Assembly: GCA_000934665.2 (NCBI GenBank)
Contig: JYFJ02002233.1
Location: 1-64,000 of the forward strand
Source: Catajapyx aquilonaris
Taxonomy: Eukaryota
DNA: 64,000 nucleotides
Direction of reading: 5' to 3'
In this document: piece after piece, positions 1-12,940 of the stretch
How positions within the stretch are numbered: the stretch's first letter is position 1
Layout of the letters: every line of letters starts with the position of its first letter
Position numbers and translations under genes: made by a program
The notes under the pieces: generated by a model
Seen by the model: the letters and a program-made list of their open reading frames with translations, nothing else
Told to the model about the DNA's origin: nothing
The model's database searches: none

Positions 1-3000
1 AATTACTCAGTTTGCCAGCTAAGCACATCATTAACGGAGGCCATCATTCATCCTCGACCCGTGCCGACCTCCCGTGCGGAAAGGAATTGCACTTCGCTCA
101 AACTCCATTCCTCTCGCATACCTCAATCCTTAAGATGCTGCTGCAACAACCACCAGCTTCTCTATATTCAATATAACATAGGGAACTCCAACTGTCCATG
201 TAGTTCCGTATCTCTCACAGAGATGGCGCACCCTCCCTCTATGCACACTAGCCCCACTTTCAGGCGGGTAGACTACTAATGGACAACCAAACAAACTTTG
301 CCTGTTATGTACGTAGAAAAATATTTACGGTAATAAAAACATTGTGTACGCAGCCAGTAATTTCTACTCGAGTGTACAGTAAAGTAATCCGAGATTATGC
401 TGTACTATTTAAGGCCAGATCTTTTACCGCGTTCAACCGCACGTGAAAAATTAAACGTCGGTCATAATTAATATGCGGCGGACTGTGTGAGTGGCGCTAC
501 TGGGGGGATATTTTTATGGATCCCAATAATTGATGTTGACATTTTAGAACCCCCTAGCAGACCAATCAATCGACGCAGCATTTATTTCGGGAGAGCCCAG
601 TTTTAGTGGACCCAATAAATCAGGACTCAAGTTTAACAAATTGGCCACTTAGTTTCTAACCCGCCAGTACCGGACACGAAAGTATATAGAGAGCAAATCT
701 CGTACATATCTTTTTTTGTACCGATTTCTAAGTGTGATTGTTCACTCCAGCAATCTTGATTCCGCGTGCTGGGGCTTAATTTCTTCGCCCCCCTCATCTC
801 TTGAACTGTGAATTTCTGCCTGTCAAAGCCAAGCAATAAGTTCGCCTGCTTGATGCTCAAGGGAATAAGCCCTCCTTCAACATCGTACGTATTTGCATTA
901 CATCAATTCCCTAAAGTTTCCCAGTGCCGTGCAGTGCAAAGTTCGGCTCTTGTCAGCAAGTCGTACAAACCCGAGAGAGAGATTTTGGCCCTGAGCGTAC
1001 ACACGCATACAGCACGACGAGCCGTGTATAACTCACAGGTTGCTGTACGTCATCCTTAATCACCTCCCTGGCGACTCTTGTCTCTACAGCACGTTTCCGC
1101 CAAACAACGATAAACATTCGGCAAATCCGCTGCCTATTTCCTGGCATAAGGCATCTTCGGATATGCCCATTCGGTCCATTTGGCTGGGATGATTTTACAA
1201 GAAACGGTGCTAATACAGCTCCAGTGCTGTAGAGTATATAAATATTTATCCAACGCGAACTGTTCCCCTGAAGCGATGACCAGCGGCGATTTTTTTTTAA
1301 ACTGACCCATAAGCAAACCATGGGGTGTAAACATTCGAATTGATCTGGGCGGTCCGGTGACCTTTTCTTTCCTGACAGCTATTTGGGTAAAAGGGGAAAC
1401 CCGTCATTTTAAAATTGAACCGCCACAAGCGAAGGGTGGTCCTAAGCAGATGAAATTGCTCAAGTTAACAGCCCCCGGACGATAGAACCGAGGGGGCTAT
1501 TAAAGCTAAGAGGACGTGTGGCTTTACAGGGCCTGCTGGCTTCATCACAGGACCCGCTGGTGTAAAGAGAGGACGAGATGGTGTTCACAGCAGCAGCAAG
1601 TCCCCACTCCTTTCCCCTAAATGAAATTCTCCTTATGAAGCCCAGAACCACTCACATACAGAAAGGGGAGTTGAGTCCTTCAAAGGCAAGAGGTGACACA
1701 AAGAGAGAGAGGGGGGGGGCAACAGACCTCTCTATTGTAATTACATGCACATGGCTATAGATAAACGCGTCTTGTTCCAGCCAAGTGGAGGCTTTGTCCT
1801 GATGAAAACCGACGCACTATGCTAAAACCCCTGCCATTCATGAGACCCAGTTTATTTTTGGGGGCTCTTTCGAGACAGGAAAAAAATAGAGAATAGCTTC
1901 TGGCAAAGGAGAGCCTTCGCGGCCCTAAAAATAATGATCATTTCTCAGGCCTTTGGGACTAACCTGCGCGACATGTTGTAAACGACCCCGAGGCGTGATC
2001 ATACGTATCTAGGAGTTATATCCTGATGATTTGGAGGACAGGTTACAGCACGTTTCTTGCTGAAAGTTGTCTAAATCACGGGGATGGCCTGTCCACAAAA
2101 TGTCAGACTAATAGCAAGGGTTGAGCCTTATTTTTTTGCTCGTGAATTTACGGCTGTTTCGTCTTCTCTGCAGGAAACATCCCAGCCCGATGCTGGAACA
2201 AATTGCTACTTTTAGGTAGTTAACGGTCGACATAAGTTTAAACAAGTGAGACAATAAGGAAATGCTGGAGAAACAGATGTTCCTTGCTTGTTGAACCACT
2301 CGAAATACTAATTTAGAGAGTAAATCTTTTTGTTAATCCGAAGAGTTATGCACTGTGTTGAATACATTTTATCCTGATTATCATTAATTGCAATTACGCG
2401 CAATCATTTGAAACCAGGGCGCATTAGAACCTGAACGTGATAAAGCTTAATTACACAACAAAGTGTGCACCTGATTTCGCAAGTGGTTAAACCCTCTCGC
2501 AGTAAGCGCCTTGTCATTAAGCCAATTACGATTCGGCACCGACCAACTGAAATCGGAACATAAAATGATCCCCTAATTGACCAAAGAATTCGATTGTTCG
2601 TATACTGTTTCCATATAAAATGACACAACAAATGGGTATACATGAAGCGGGGTAATAAATAGACTCGAATTGATTAATTAATAAGTAAAATGAGGCTGAC
2701 ACCTCCCCGCGTGACTGTTCCCAGGCTCCATTCAAAATTTGGTGATGATGGCTTCAAATCTCTAGGGTCCAACTATGGGCAGACAACTGCAGCACTGATA
2801 TCGTTATTGACGCATGTTAAACGGATCAAATCCATTACAGCTAGCTCACAACATGATTTCAAATACATTAGGAAAATCACTCTGCCACAGGCTCCTAATT
2901 TCAACTTCATTGTACTCATATGCGATGGAATGAATCGTGACGTATCTACGGTGTATGTAATCGGGCGTGACAACCGACCCATTATTTGCCACGGTTCACA

Positions 3001-6000
3001 TCATGTCAAAAGCGAGTCAATTTCATTTTCATGTAATATTACGCTGAATCCATTCGTGCAGGAAATTCCTTTAGTTATTGCCACACCCTACTCTACGTAC
3101 TTCCAATGTCAAAAAATGGACGCTATAGTTTTCCAGAAAGGACTCATTTAGGCGAATGTGTCCCGATGGACGGTTCTGCGGTGTAAGTAAATTTCAACGT
3201 GACATTGACTGACGATCAATCAGCCAGATCGAAACCCCCATCTATATGTGGAAGCTCTGGATTGTATATGATGCCGTGGGCATAGTTTTGCTTTTAAGCA
3301 CTGTATGCGAAAGAAGGTGTGTTACGACCCCCCCCAAAAAACGCGCCGGATATTTCTACAAAATTAAGGAAAATATTTCGGCTGACATTCCTTTTAGCCT
3401 AACAGCACCGGTAATCATTCATACCTTGAAGGACAATCCCCATGTGCACTGTGGAAAAAAAAGTTGGGAAAGCAAGCGGCAGGGGTAATATTTATAACCC
3501 GCGAGAATTTTCTCTGACATTTGACGCTGTGTTGCCAGCTACACTGACGAATACATGGCCTCATTAAGTGTCCGCAAGACCGGACACGTTACGCAGACAA
3601 GTCGAAAGTCCTGACGTCTGAGTGACAAGCGAACGCAATATCGACGTAGACCAGACGCGGAGGTCGTCGCGTCTTTCATTATGCAGAGAGAAAAAAGCGA
3701 GAGAGTTTTATATATATATAAAAAGATTCTTTGCTTCAAAGCCAGCCCCGGGGGGAAAAGGCACCTAATTAGTACAGGATGAAACTGCGTATCGCAAATT
3801 GTGACTTGTCACTTTTAACAAACGGAGCGAAATTAACTGGGGGCGTCTAAAAAGTACTGCAATCATCGCCTACAGCCCACTGTAACAATTATTAAGAGTG
3901 CTTCTTTGTAAGAAAATGAAGTAATTTTACAACTGTCTTCATTGTTACACATCGCTGCATATCAAGAGACAAAAGTGCTGGGTGATAAAGGCGGGACCGA
4001 AATGTCAGAAGTTCCTTCGGGTACTCTCTTTTTAAAGTAGCCTATACCACACAATGGGAACTGTACAGTGTCTCTGAATGTCTACCTCATAATGGTTAAG
4101 GCTTATGTGTGTACGTCCAGGGCAGAATAAGAGACGGTCTGTACACTCGGTGCAATTTTGGCACATTTGCAAGGAAATGCCCTTGGGCACCAGTCCTCCC
4201 TAAAATGCAGCACCACACTACTTACTTTCGCAAACACAAACAACGGACAACTCTGGAAAGTCAACGTTTGCATAAACCTGCTTTGCTGCTAGCGAATTCT
4301 CTGAATTATTTAAAAATATATACTTCCGCCTTAAAATATGCAACAATATTGACAGCCTAAAATGTAAATCAGCCTTTTGCAAATACAAAATCAATTTTTT
4401 TGTCCCAACCGTTACCGTGGAATGACCAAATATGCTGAATAATTTACGCTCTTTTATAGCTTCGAGCCTATCGCATAAACGTCTTGATATTCTGAAGGTG
4501 TCCAATCGCTTTAAAATGTTAGACACACTGTCGAGGGATCTACTAGCCATTAAATAGGCCATAAAAAGGACGCCTTATAGCATACTTTCCCCCTCCCCCC
4601 CCTCTTCTGAAAGTCTGGAGGAGCCAGATTTTGATATGCAAATGACTCTCGAGGGGAGATGACGCCGAGCACCAAAAGCACGTGAGGGGTTGTCACCATG
4701 TCTGTCGCCTCGGATATGAATCGACGTTAAGGAGCCCTGGCAGATCGACACTGGCAGAGTCTACGGGTGCGAAACATCCCCGTCGATTACACGTCACGTT
4801 CCTTTGGGCTGAGGAGGGAATTAACGCAGCTTCAATTTCCGCCTACTCAATTACAGGCCCCATTTAGCATATTTCTGGAGTCTTGATGAGGCCAGGAGCA
4901 GGGCTCGCAAATTTTGATCGATTCTCAGGGACCCAAAAAGTGTCTCATGGGCTTCCCCCCCCTCCCTCGCTGAGAAAGCCTATTGTATCCTCAGTGAAGA
5001 AAAGGCTTTAGTATCGGGGCGAGAGCTTCTGCGGCGGACCAAACCGTGGAAGTTGCACAAGGATTCCTAACCACACAAGCTTGTAGCTTTAGAGAAGGAT
5101 TCAGGAGAGGAAATTAAAATGAGAGCAAGAGAGATACTGGGAGGGTATGGACCCAAAAAAAGAGAAGATTTGCCTCGGGGATCTAAGTCCCACTCTCTAT
5201 TTTCAATCAGGGTTATTGGCAAGGAAGACGCGTTTTGTGAGATGGAATTGCCATGTAGGGTCGAGTTCTTTCCCCAGAAGATATCACAGGAGTGGGATGG
5301 AAAGGGGGAGAAAAAAAATCAAACCTTCTTAAGTCATTGCAGGATCGGTTTGAGATGGGAAGCCTGTCTTCCAATAAAGTCATTTTCTAAAGTCGAGATT
5401 GTTTTTCTGGGGAGCGACACTGCACCTTTTGCATTTCAATGTCTTTCCAGCCCTGAACTTGAATTTCATCCGCGGGTATCCCCTATAGAGAGCAGCCTCC
5501 AGCTCTTTTTTTATATATATAAAACTAGGGGGGGAAAAAGAGACCTTCTCTTACATCCTTGTCACATTCATTCACACTCGGTTGAACACCCCCTTCAAAT
5601 TACTAGCCGCTAACCACACTCTCTATAGGTTAAAAATGTCCTGATTTAAAACCTGGACACGACCGTTCAAACAGGTCGCGATGGTTGCAAAAAAAAAACC
5701 TGTGGCAGAATGTCCAACAAGCAAACAGAAAGGAATACTATGTGGAAATAAAAAAAGAATTTTGGGAGTTGACAAGACCAGACTGTATATTTTTTGGGGA
5801 AGGCTTTTTGCCGAAATGTCTAGGGAGAGAGAAAAAAAAGGTTGCTCTTTGTCCGCAGAGGGTGGCGTGGGAGTGGTCGTGAATGAAAATGCCAGTGTTC
5901 TTTTTTTTATCTGGTGACAAAAAGAGAGGAATCCATCGGGGTCCTGTTTGAAAGTCAGGACAGGGGAATATGATTAGATTCGCGCTCTACCTCTTTTCCT

Positions 6001-7674
6001 TCTTTTTCCTTGGTCCGACATTTTTCGCCCAGTACACTTTTTTTTTCGGGGGAAGAAGCTCAGAATAAAGGTTCAGAATTGGGTGAGCCAACAGGGCTTT
6101 TTCTGGGCGGGTGAGACAGCTGTCCCAATTGGCGAAAATTGCGAAATTGCTCGATGCAATTCGACTAATTCGATGCTGCACAGTGGGCTTCAAACGAAAT
6201 CAGCGAAATCATTCGGAAAAATTATGGCTACTAAAATTACGATGCCACGGCTTAAAATATTGCCTGGCTTAATCATTAAAGTCGCACTTATTTACCCGCT
6301 CCAAAGTTAAGAAGCTCATTTTTTTTCAGACGCCCGTTGAATTTATAATCCGAGTCTCTGCCCTTTGAGTTCTTTACGTGTTTTAAAAGCATTAAAACCC
6401 ATCCCTGAAGTGCGTGAGAAGAGCTCCAACTGGTGCCTCCCGAGAAATCCGCTCGTTATATCCTTGGAGCCCCTCATTTTCTTCACGTTGTGTTGGCCCG
6501 TCTCGTTATAAGGAAGCGGACAAAAAGGCAGCCAAGGTTCTTCTTCTTCTTACCATTTTTTTCTCCCTAGCCTCATGCATTGGTCCGTAGAGACACATCT
6601 TTTCATTTTTTCCCCCCCTCTTATGTTCCCTCTAAAATGACGCCCAACCGAAGTAAAAGGCACCATCGCATATATCCTAATTGGGCGTCTATTCACGACG
6701 ACACCGGCGTCAGCAGCGACGGAGTTTCGACTTTGACGTTAATCCCTCATCGGGGCTTGAGTTCCAGGAAAAGAGAGGACACCATTCAAGGGATTGGTTG
6801 CGAAAATCCCAGGGACTTGGAGGAGACCCGGGGGGGTCATTTCTGGAAAATGACCCGAAATTTTCCCATCGGTCTCGAGAGATCAGATCCGGAAAAAAGT
6901 TTGCATATTTTTCCGCGAATAAAACAGCAAGGTTCTGGACACATGTTGGTTTATGGCCTGGGAATTATGAACAAAAATTCCGGTGGGGTTGTATATTAAA
7001 ATTAAGTTTGTGTCGTCTCGAGAGCTACGTGTAATTCTAGAGAAGTGTCGCGTGCAAGGTGACAAAAAAATCGCATTTGGATTCGGAGAAAACTCAGCGG
7101 CAGTCCTGACGCTTATTGCACGTTCGCACACTTTTAGAGCAATTTCTGCGGAATGATTTTCACGACACTTTTATTTTTCGTGTCAACACCGGTCGGGGGT
7201 CATTCTCACGACATGTAGTAGCAACCATAAATTTATAGTAAGAATCTAACAGTTTGTTGCCTCAGCCAGTTCTAGTGTTTTTTTTATTCCAAGTTCATTT
7301 ATATGGCAGGGATGAATAAGTGGGTTCGCCCCCAAACGGAACGAATTGATCGACCTGTCTCACCACGCTCACCCAAAAAGGGGTGGTTCCTGAAATGAGA
7401 CGAGGACATTAATCACACCTGTCCGAATGGTGGGGGCCCCCAACAACAAAATGTGCGGTCCTCCAGAGAGAGGCTGAGGGTCTCCCTCCCCCACAGATGC
7501 TTTCACGCAATGTGATAGCTCTTCTTGAATCAATATGCGGCTGCTGTACTGTACCTCGCCAGCCTTTCTATACGTCCTGCATATCGATTCCTATGTTGCT
7601 GCAACGTCTCCATACAAAACATTGGAATGGAATATGATACAGTGTTCAACAACAGAAAAATTCTGAGTATTGCA

Positions 7675-7692
7675 TTTTTGGACCACCCTGTA
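7675..7692 (-). mobile_element. Orphan Tc1/mariner-type TIR end (TA|CAGGGTGGTCCAAAAA)
   Basis: The reverse complement reads TACAGGGTGGTCCAAAAA, 17/18 identical to 12923-12940. TA-CAGGGTG starts are typical of mariner-family TIRs. Confidence 0.5.
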
Positions 7693-10600
7693 TGCTGCTC
7701 ATATTTTCTGTTTTTTATATATTTACAAGTCTCCAGCAGAGTATTTCTCAGCAGGGTTCCGTTCTAGTTTATTAGCACACCCGGGGGTCTACACTTCTTG
7801 CCAATATTTCCTCCAGTATATAGAATTGTACCTTCCCAATAGAGAGAGGAAAAGCCTTTGCTCGAAACGTCCAAAGAGGGAAGGATGGTTGGGAGGTTAA
7901 GCAGATTTACCTGAATGTTGGAAGCTTCTTGGCTGCGGATCTAATTTCCCACGTTTCACCCACTGACAAACCAGCTTCATTGAGTTAAATCGCGGAATTA
8001 TGGCCAGTCTCACCTTCATATGTCTGTATACCAAGTCGAAATTATACCTGTACCCGCCAGGTATTGACTACAATTGCAATGCCTCCACCTGTTATACCAA
8101 ATACATTTTTTAAAAAATTCAAAAGTAACCTTTCCCGGTGGTTATCCAGCTGGCCTTGAGGTTCTTTTTTTTCCCCCCATCAAAAATTTGATCCTTTCAA
8201 GTCGAGTACAAAGGCGGGTATGGGTCAATCAATCGAACCCATCAGCAATATTCAACAGGGGGGAAGGGATAATTATAATACGCCGCATTGCAAAGCATGG
8301 TCTGCCTGACACCATGAGTACACATTTGATGTTACATGGTCATGTTCACTTAATTAGTTTCGGCCTTTGATGGGTGGAAACTATATAGTATGAAATTGAT
8401 GGCCGTTTTCAAAATTGTTATTTCCAGTCACATTTAATTCGCTTTAAACCCGACAATTAATTTACTTAGAAGTAGTTCTTGCATCAATTACCCAAGTGAA
8501 AATCGTCTCGTTCTACTTGAGTAATTAAATTTTTGCTAATCGTCATGCAACATTAACAGGGCTTGACAATATTAGAGCGAATCTGCTTATAATAGCGCTC
8601 ATTGCTATAAAAAAATACTGTGCAGTGCTACAAAACTGTCAATGTAATTGTTTTCAAGCCCCTCCAAAAGTGAATGCACTAATCCTACTAATTAACATGT
8701 TGCTATAATTTTCTGTGTGAGCTGTAGTTCCCTGTGGCGACCTAAACGGAATCCCGGTTGAGCACAGCTGCCACGATTGTTACAACCGACCTTATTAAAT
8801 ATTTGCTCTACGTCTGTACAGTTGTCAGGCCATAAATTCACTGAAAATAACGCATACTTTTTTCTCCCTATAGCCTTTCAGTCTAGATACATGATTCAAA
8901 CTACGGCAAAAATCTTGCGAAATTTTTGACTCGGTTGAAACAATAGGTTATATAAAAAGGACCAGTTTTTTTCGTGCTAATGCTCGCCTTTTGCCGCACC
9001 TAATGCTGCTGCCACCAGACTTTTTTTCTTTTCTTTTTGTGATCTATAGAAAACGTGCCTGGTCCCATTAACCATCTTTTTTGGCCGGTTCCAACCCTCC
9101 TCTTTCCTTTCAATACCTCCCACTCAATCGATATGGAAGAAGAGAATGCTGGCTGCCAACTTGACTTCCCTTTTCCATTTTCCTGTGCACCCTATACACC
9201 CTCAAAATTTGTTAGTGCCTCATCTGCACACCACCTTCACTTCTCCTCCAATTATCCTCTTTTCTCCTAACTACATAACAAGCCCCCATTTACTGACGGG
9301 AACTGGGCCTTTAAAATCACAGGAGGAATTGTTTAGAAATAATGAGACAGATTTGCGGATTAATGTGTATAGCCGCAAAATGTCGCAAAATTGATTGTTG
9401 GAAACATGTGGGTCGAAGTAGATGGTGCCTGCCTTTTAAAGTAAAATGGACGTCAACTGCAACGTGAGCGACGGGTTGTAAATATTATTATTGTTAAATT
9501 AAATCAACATGCACACCAGCTGCATGGTTAGATTCGTATAATCGATCTCAATAATTCAAAACGGACTTCACAAATTGCATATGTGCTGTCATTAGCAAAC
9601 TGCCACAACATTTGCGTGCATAGGCCTATAAGTACAGTACGGCGAATTATGGGAAGGTTTTTTTATATTAAAAAAAGATGAAATAATTAACATTTGCCAT
9701 TCATGCAACATTCTGTGTACAGAGCTAGTTTGTTTTGGTCTGCGTTTGACGTATGCTGCGGCCCCATATTTTAATGGCACTCTCAATCCGCAAACATATA
9801 GCGTATGACGCCATATGCGGATTTTCTTGAATGAGTTACGACCCAACTAAAAGCCAGATAAAGGTCTGGAAATAGCAGGTTGGTACTTCTGGAAATCTAT
9901 GCCTCCTGGAAATGTGACTAGAGGCTGGATCACGTCCAAACTGTGTTGGAAGCTTCTATCCCCCAAAAAATCTTTTTTTTTCCATATAGAGTTGAACCCA
10001 GCTGGGATGATGAAAAAAAAAGGTAAGAATTGTTCCCCTTTTTACTTCCGCCAGTGCCCAGATCTTCATTTCCTTCCATTCGACATTTGTCGGCTTAATA
10101 TTCAGCTTCCAAATTGAAAGTTTCATGCGGAGAACTCGGATGAAATGAACATTTTTTCGAGAGGGGGGGGGGTGCAAAAAATGTCGTTGTAATGAGGCCA
10201 CGTCCGAGTATTTCAATACCAGCTAAAAGTACAATATAAACCGGTTGTTTGAGAATCCTTTTTTCCTTCCAACCCTCGAAACTGGCTTCCATCCCTTGAA
10301 ATTAGGTTAATTCAGTTTGCTGCATGCGGCAACATGAGAAATAAACGACCTCCTTGGAGGTTTCCCCATGCAGCAGATGGCCCAGGGTGCTCCAGACTAG
10401 TTACTTGCATTGTACAACCTCCATTTATCTACTTGCGCTCAATTTCGAGAAAAGCCAGGAAATCTGCCTCCCATATAATATTTTGGTCAATAAATGAGCT
10501 CGGAAATGACTATTTTGAAATGTGAAGGACCGCCTTCTTCTCCCCATCATAAAAAGGATGAAATATTTGCTGCCTAATTTTATGCGTCGTGTGTCACTGT

Positions 10601-12922
10601 ATGATAGGACACAATCAACCAGGTGCATATTTTCTTCATTAAAAAGCCGGCCCTCCTACTGTGCGGCTATGTGAATTCATGAGTAGAGGGTTTTTTTATG
10701 CAAACATGTAGCCCCCTGTTGTTCATGTGGGCCGCGGGTACCGCATATTTCGGATAAAAGAACCCGAATGCTGGCCCACAAAACTTTTTTTTTTAGTGTG
10801 TGCGATCTTCCTCGTTATAAATCGAAAAGGATGGCAACCGGGATGCGGTCATCAACATCAAAAGCCCGGGGTATAAAGAGACCTTTAACGTTTGATTTTC
10901 GAGGCAATAACTTCCAACACAAAGGCTGATGATTTTGCAAAAAAAGGCGGATATAATGTACAGGCGGAGTCAAAAAGAAGGCTCGATGTAAACAGTATGA
11001 ATTGTTGCAAATTTCTACACAGTTTTTGTACAAATTTGCTGAAATATATGACAGGTTAGTGCCAATAGTCCTTATAAAAACCTACTTTGTAATGCAGTGC
11101 TCTTGGTTCATTTTCCGCCAATAAAACCCGAGTCTATCGGAGACCCGGCCGTGCGTGGAAATTTCGCTCAAAATGATAGAATTTTCGCACAAGTCTCCGC
11201 CAGTTCGCACATTCGGCTCCTGAATTTTTTTAAACGTAACATTAAGCTTTTTGGGGTTCCAAAGTCTCTTCCGAAGCTAGACAAACGAAAATATTTTTCC
11301 TGCTCCTGACGTCGTTTTTTTTTCATATATCAACACAAAAATTCAATCCTGACCAATCGTAAAAGCGGGATCCTCGGGGCTTGCCAAAATAAGATCAAAG
11401 GACAGGTCCAAAAAGTCCATCACCCTGTCAAAATAAGTCAAAATGTGGTCACAGTATTCTACTGGATGTCACAAAGTCAACAGACACAGTTAGAGTGTTG
11501 GTGGATGTGACAAAGGTCCAGACATGCACTCAGCCAAATTGCAGCCAGGTAGTACATTTGCACAGTGCGAAATGTCTGTGCGCGAATGCCAAAAAAAGGG
11601 AGAAGCCTCTGGACTGTATACAATGTACTGTAACCGGATGTGTTTGACACGTACTTAACCATTACAAATTAGTCCGATTTTTTTTAGCAAGCAGTGCACA
11701 ACACGCCAGACACAAGTGCTTCGCAAATTGAGAGGAAGTCACTGGACGAGCAAGTGGCTCTCTTAAATCACTCGAATTCGAATTCCTATGCAAATGAATG
11801 GCACGCCTATACTACGGATACGTTATCCAAAACTTTGTCACGTATTTGATGATCTTGATAGAAAATATTTAAATTGGTCGAATTGACGTGAATGGGGGGT
11901 CTCTGAAGTGAATCTGTTTCCTGAATGACATCCAGTACATAGTGCATGGGATGGTCTGGAGCCATAACTTTTCTCGTAAACCTGTCGCCCTAAAAGATGC
12001 AAACGGCCGGATTTTCCCCCCCTCCCATCACAATGTCAACATGCTACTGAATCCTTCAAATATGCTGTCAGTTGCTAAAGGACAAGGTGCGTGTTGGTTG
12101 TGGTGGTAAAAGACTTAACCGCATTTTGTTGGCCTTCATGCACACAGCTGACAACATATGGCTTGAGATAAATTTTTTGCGAAAAATATTTGCCATTATT
12201 CTTCATCACATTTGACCAGCTTATCCGACAATACTGACATTTTTGCGCAGGTATTTCGAGCCATCAAAAGCACATTGGCTAATAAATTTTGACCTTACAA
12301 TTTTGCCTTACCATGAAGCATTTTTTTTTTCATTTAAAATGATCCGAAAAGAATGTCAACCATTCGCAATATCGTAGGCTACCAATATCCAACTGTTTGA
12401 TACCTAGGGCCATATCCGAGCATGGATATTGACCGCATTGCATTTCGTGCTCTGCCCCTACTCGTAACGCAGTATAAAAAATTCCATCTAATTGCGAAAC
12501 ATACTCTCCCCATATTGCCCCCCCCCCCAAAAAAAAAGCTCTCACAACCAAATAAATAGTGCCTAGATATTCACCATGTGTGCTACGTTTTTTGATTCAA
12601 CAATTATTCATCATTTGTTATGGTTGCATAAAATTTGTGCCCGTCAGTATTTAGCTTCCCGCTTTAAAAAAGTGCTGCAGGATTATTGTTGCGTAATGGA
12701 AGCTTTTCCTGGAGTTAATAGCGGCGTCTGTAGGTCTGTGCCTGAAGTCCTCTTTTCTGTCCGAAAAATAACGCACTCATTATTTCTGGCTTAGAGAGAG
12801 AAAGATGGGAAGAAAAGTAGGTCACACAGAAACAGAAATGTTGGGGGTATATCATAAAACCCAAGAGGGGATTTTCCCTCAGGTAAATACACAACCGCAG
12901 ACCTTGCTTATTACGCTCTTGG

Positions 12923-12940
12923 TACAGGGTGGTGCAAAAA
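12923..12940 (+). mobile_element. Orphan Tc1/mariner-type TIR end (TA|CAGGGTGGTGCAAAAA)
   Basis: TACAGGGTGGTGCAAAAA shares its core with the copies at 7675, 48657 and 61755. Confidence 0.5.

Noticed and set aside
8486..8497. AATTACCCAAGT matching part of the nematode SL1 leader (also TTTAATTACCCA near 63069)
   Set aside because: Only 12-nt matches, with no downstream donor or Sm site; expected by chance.
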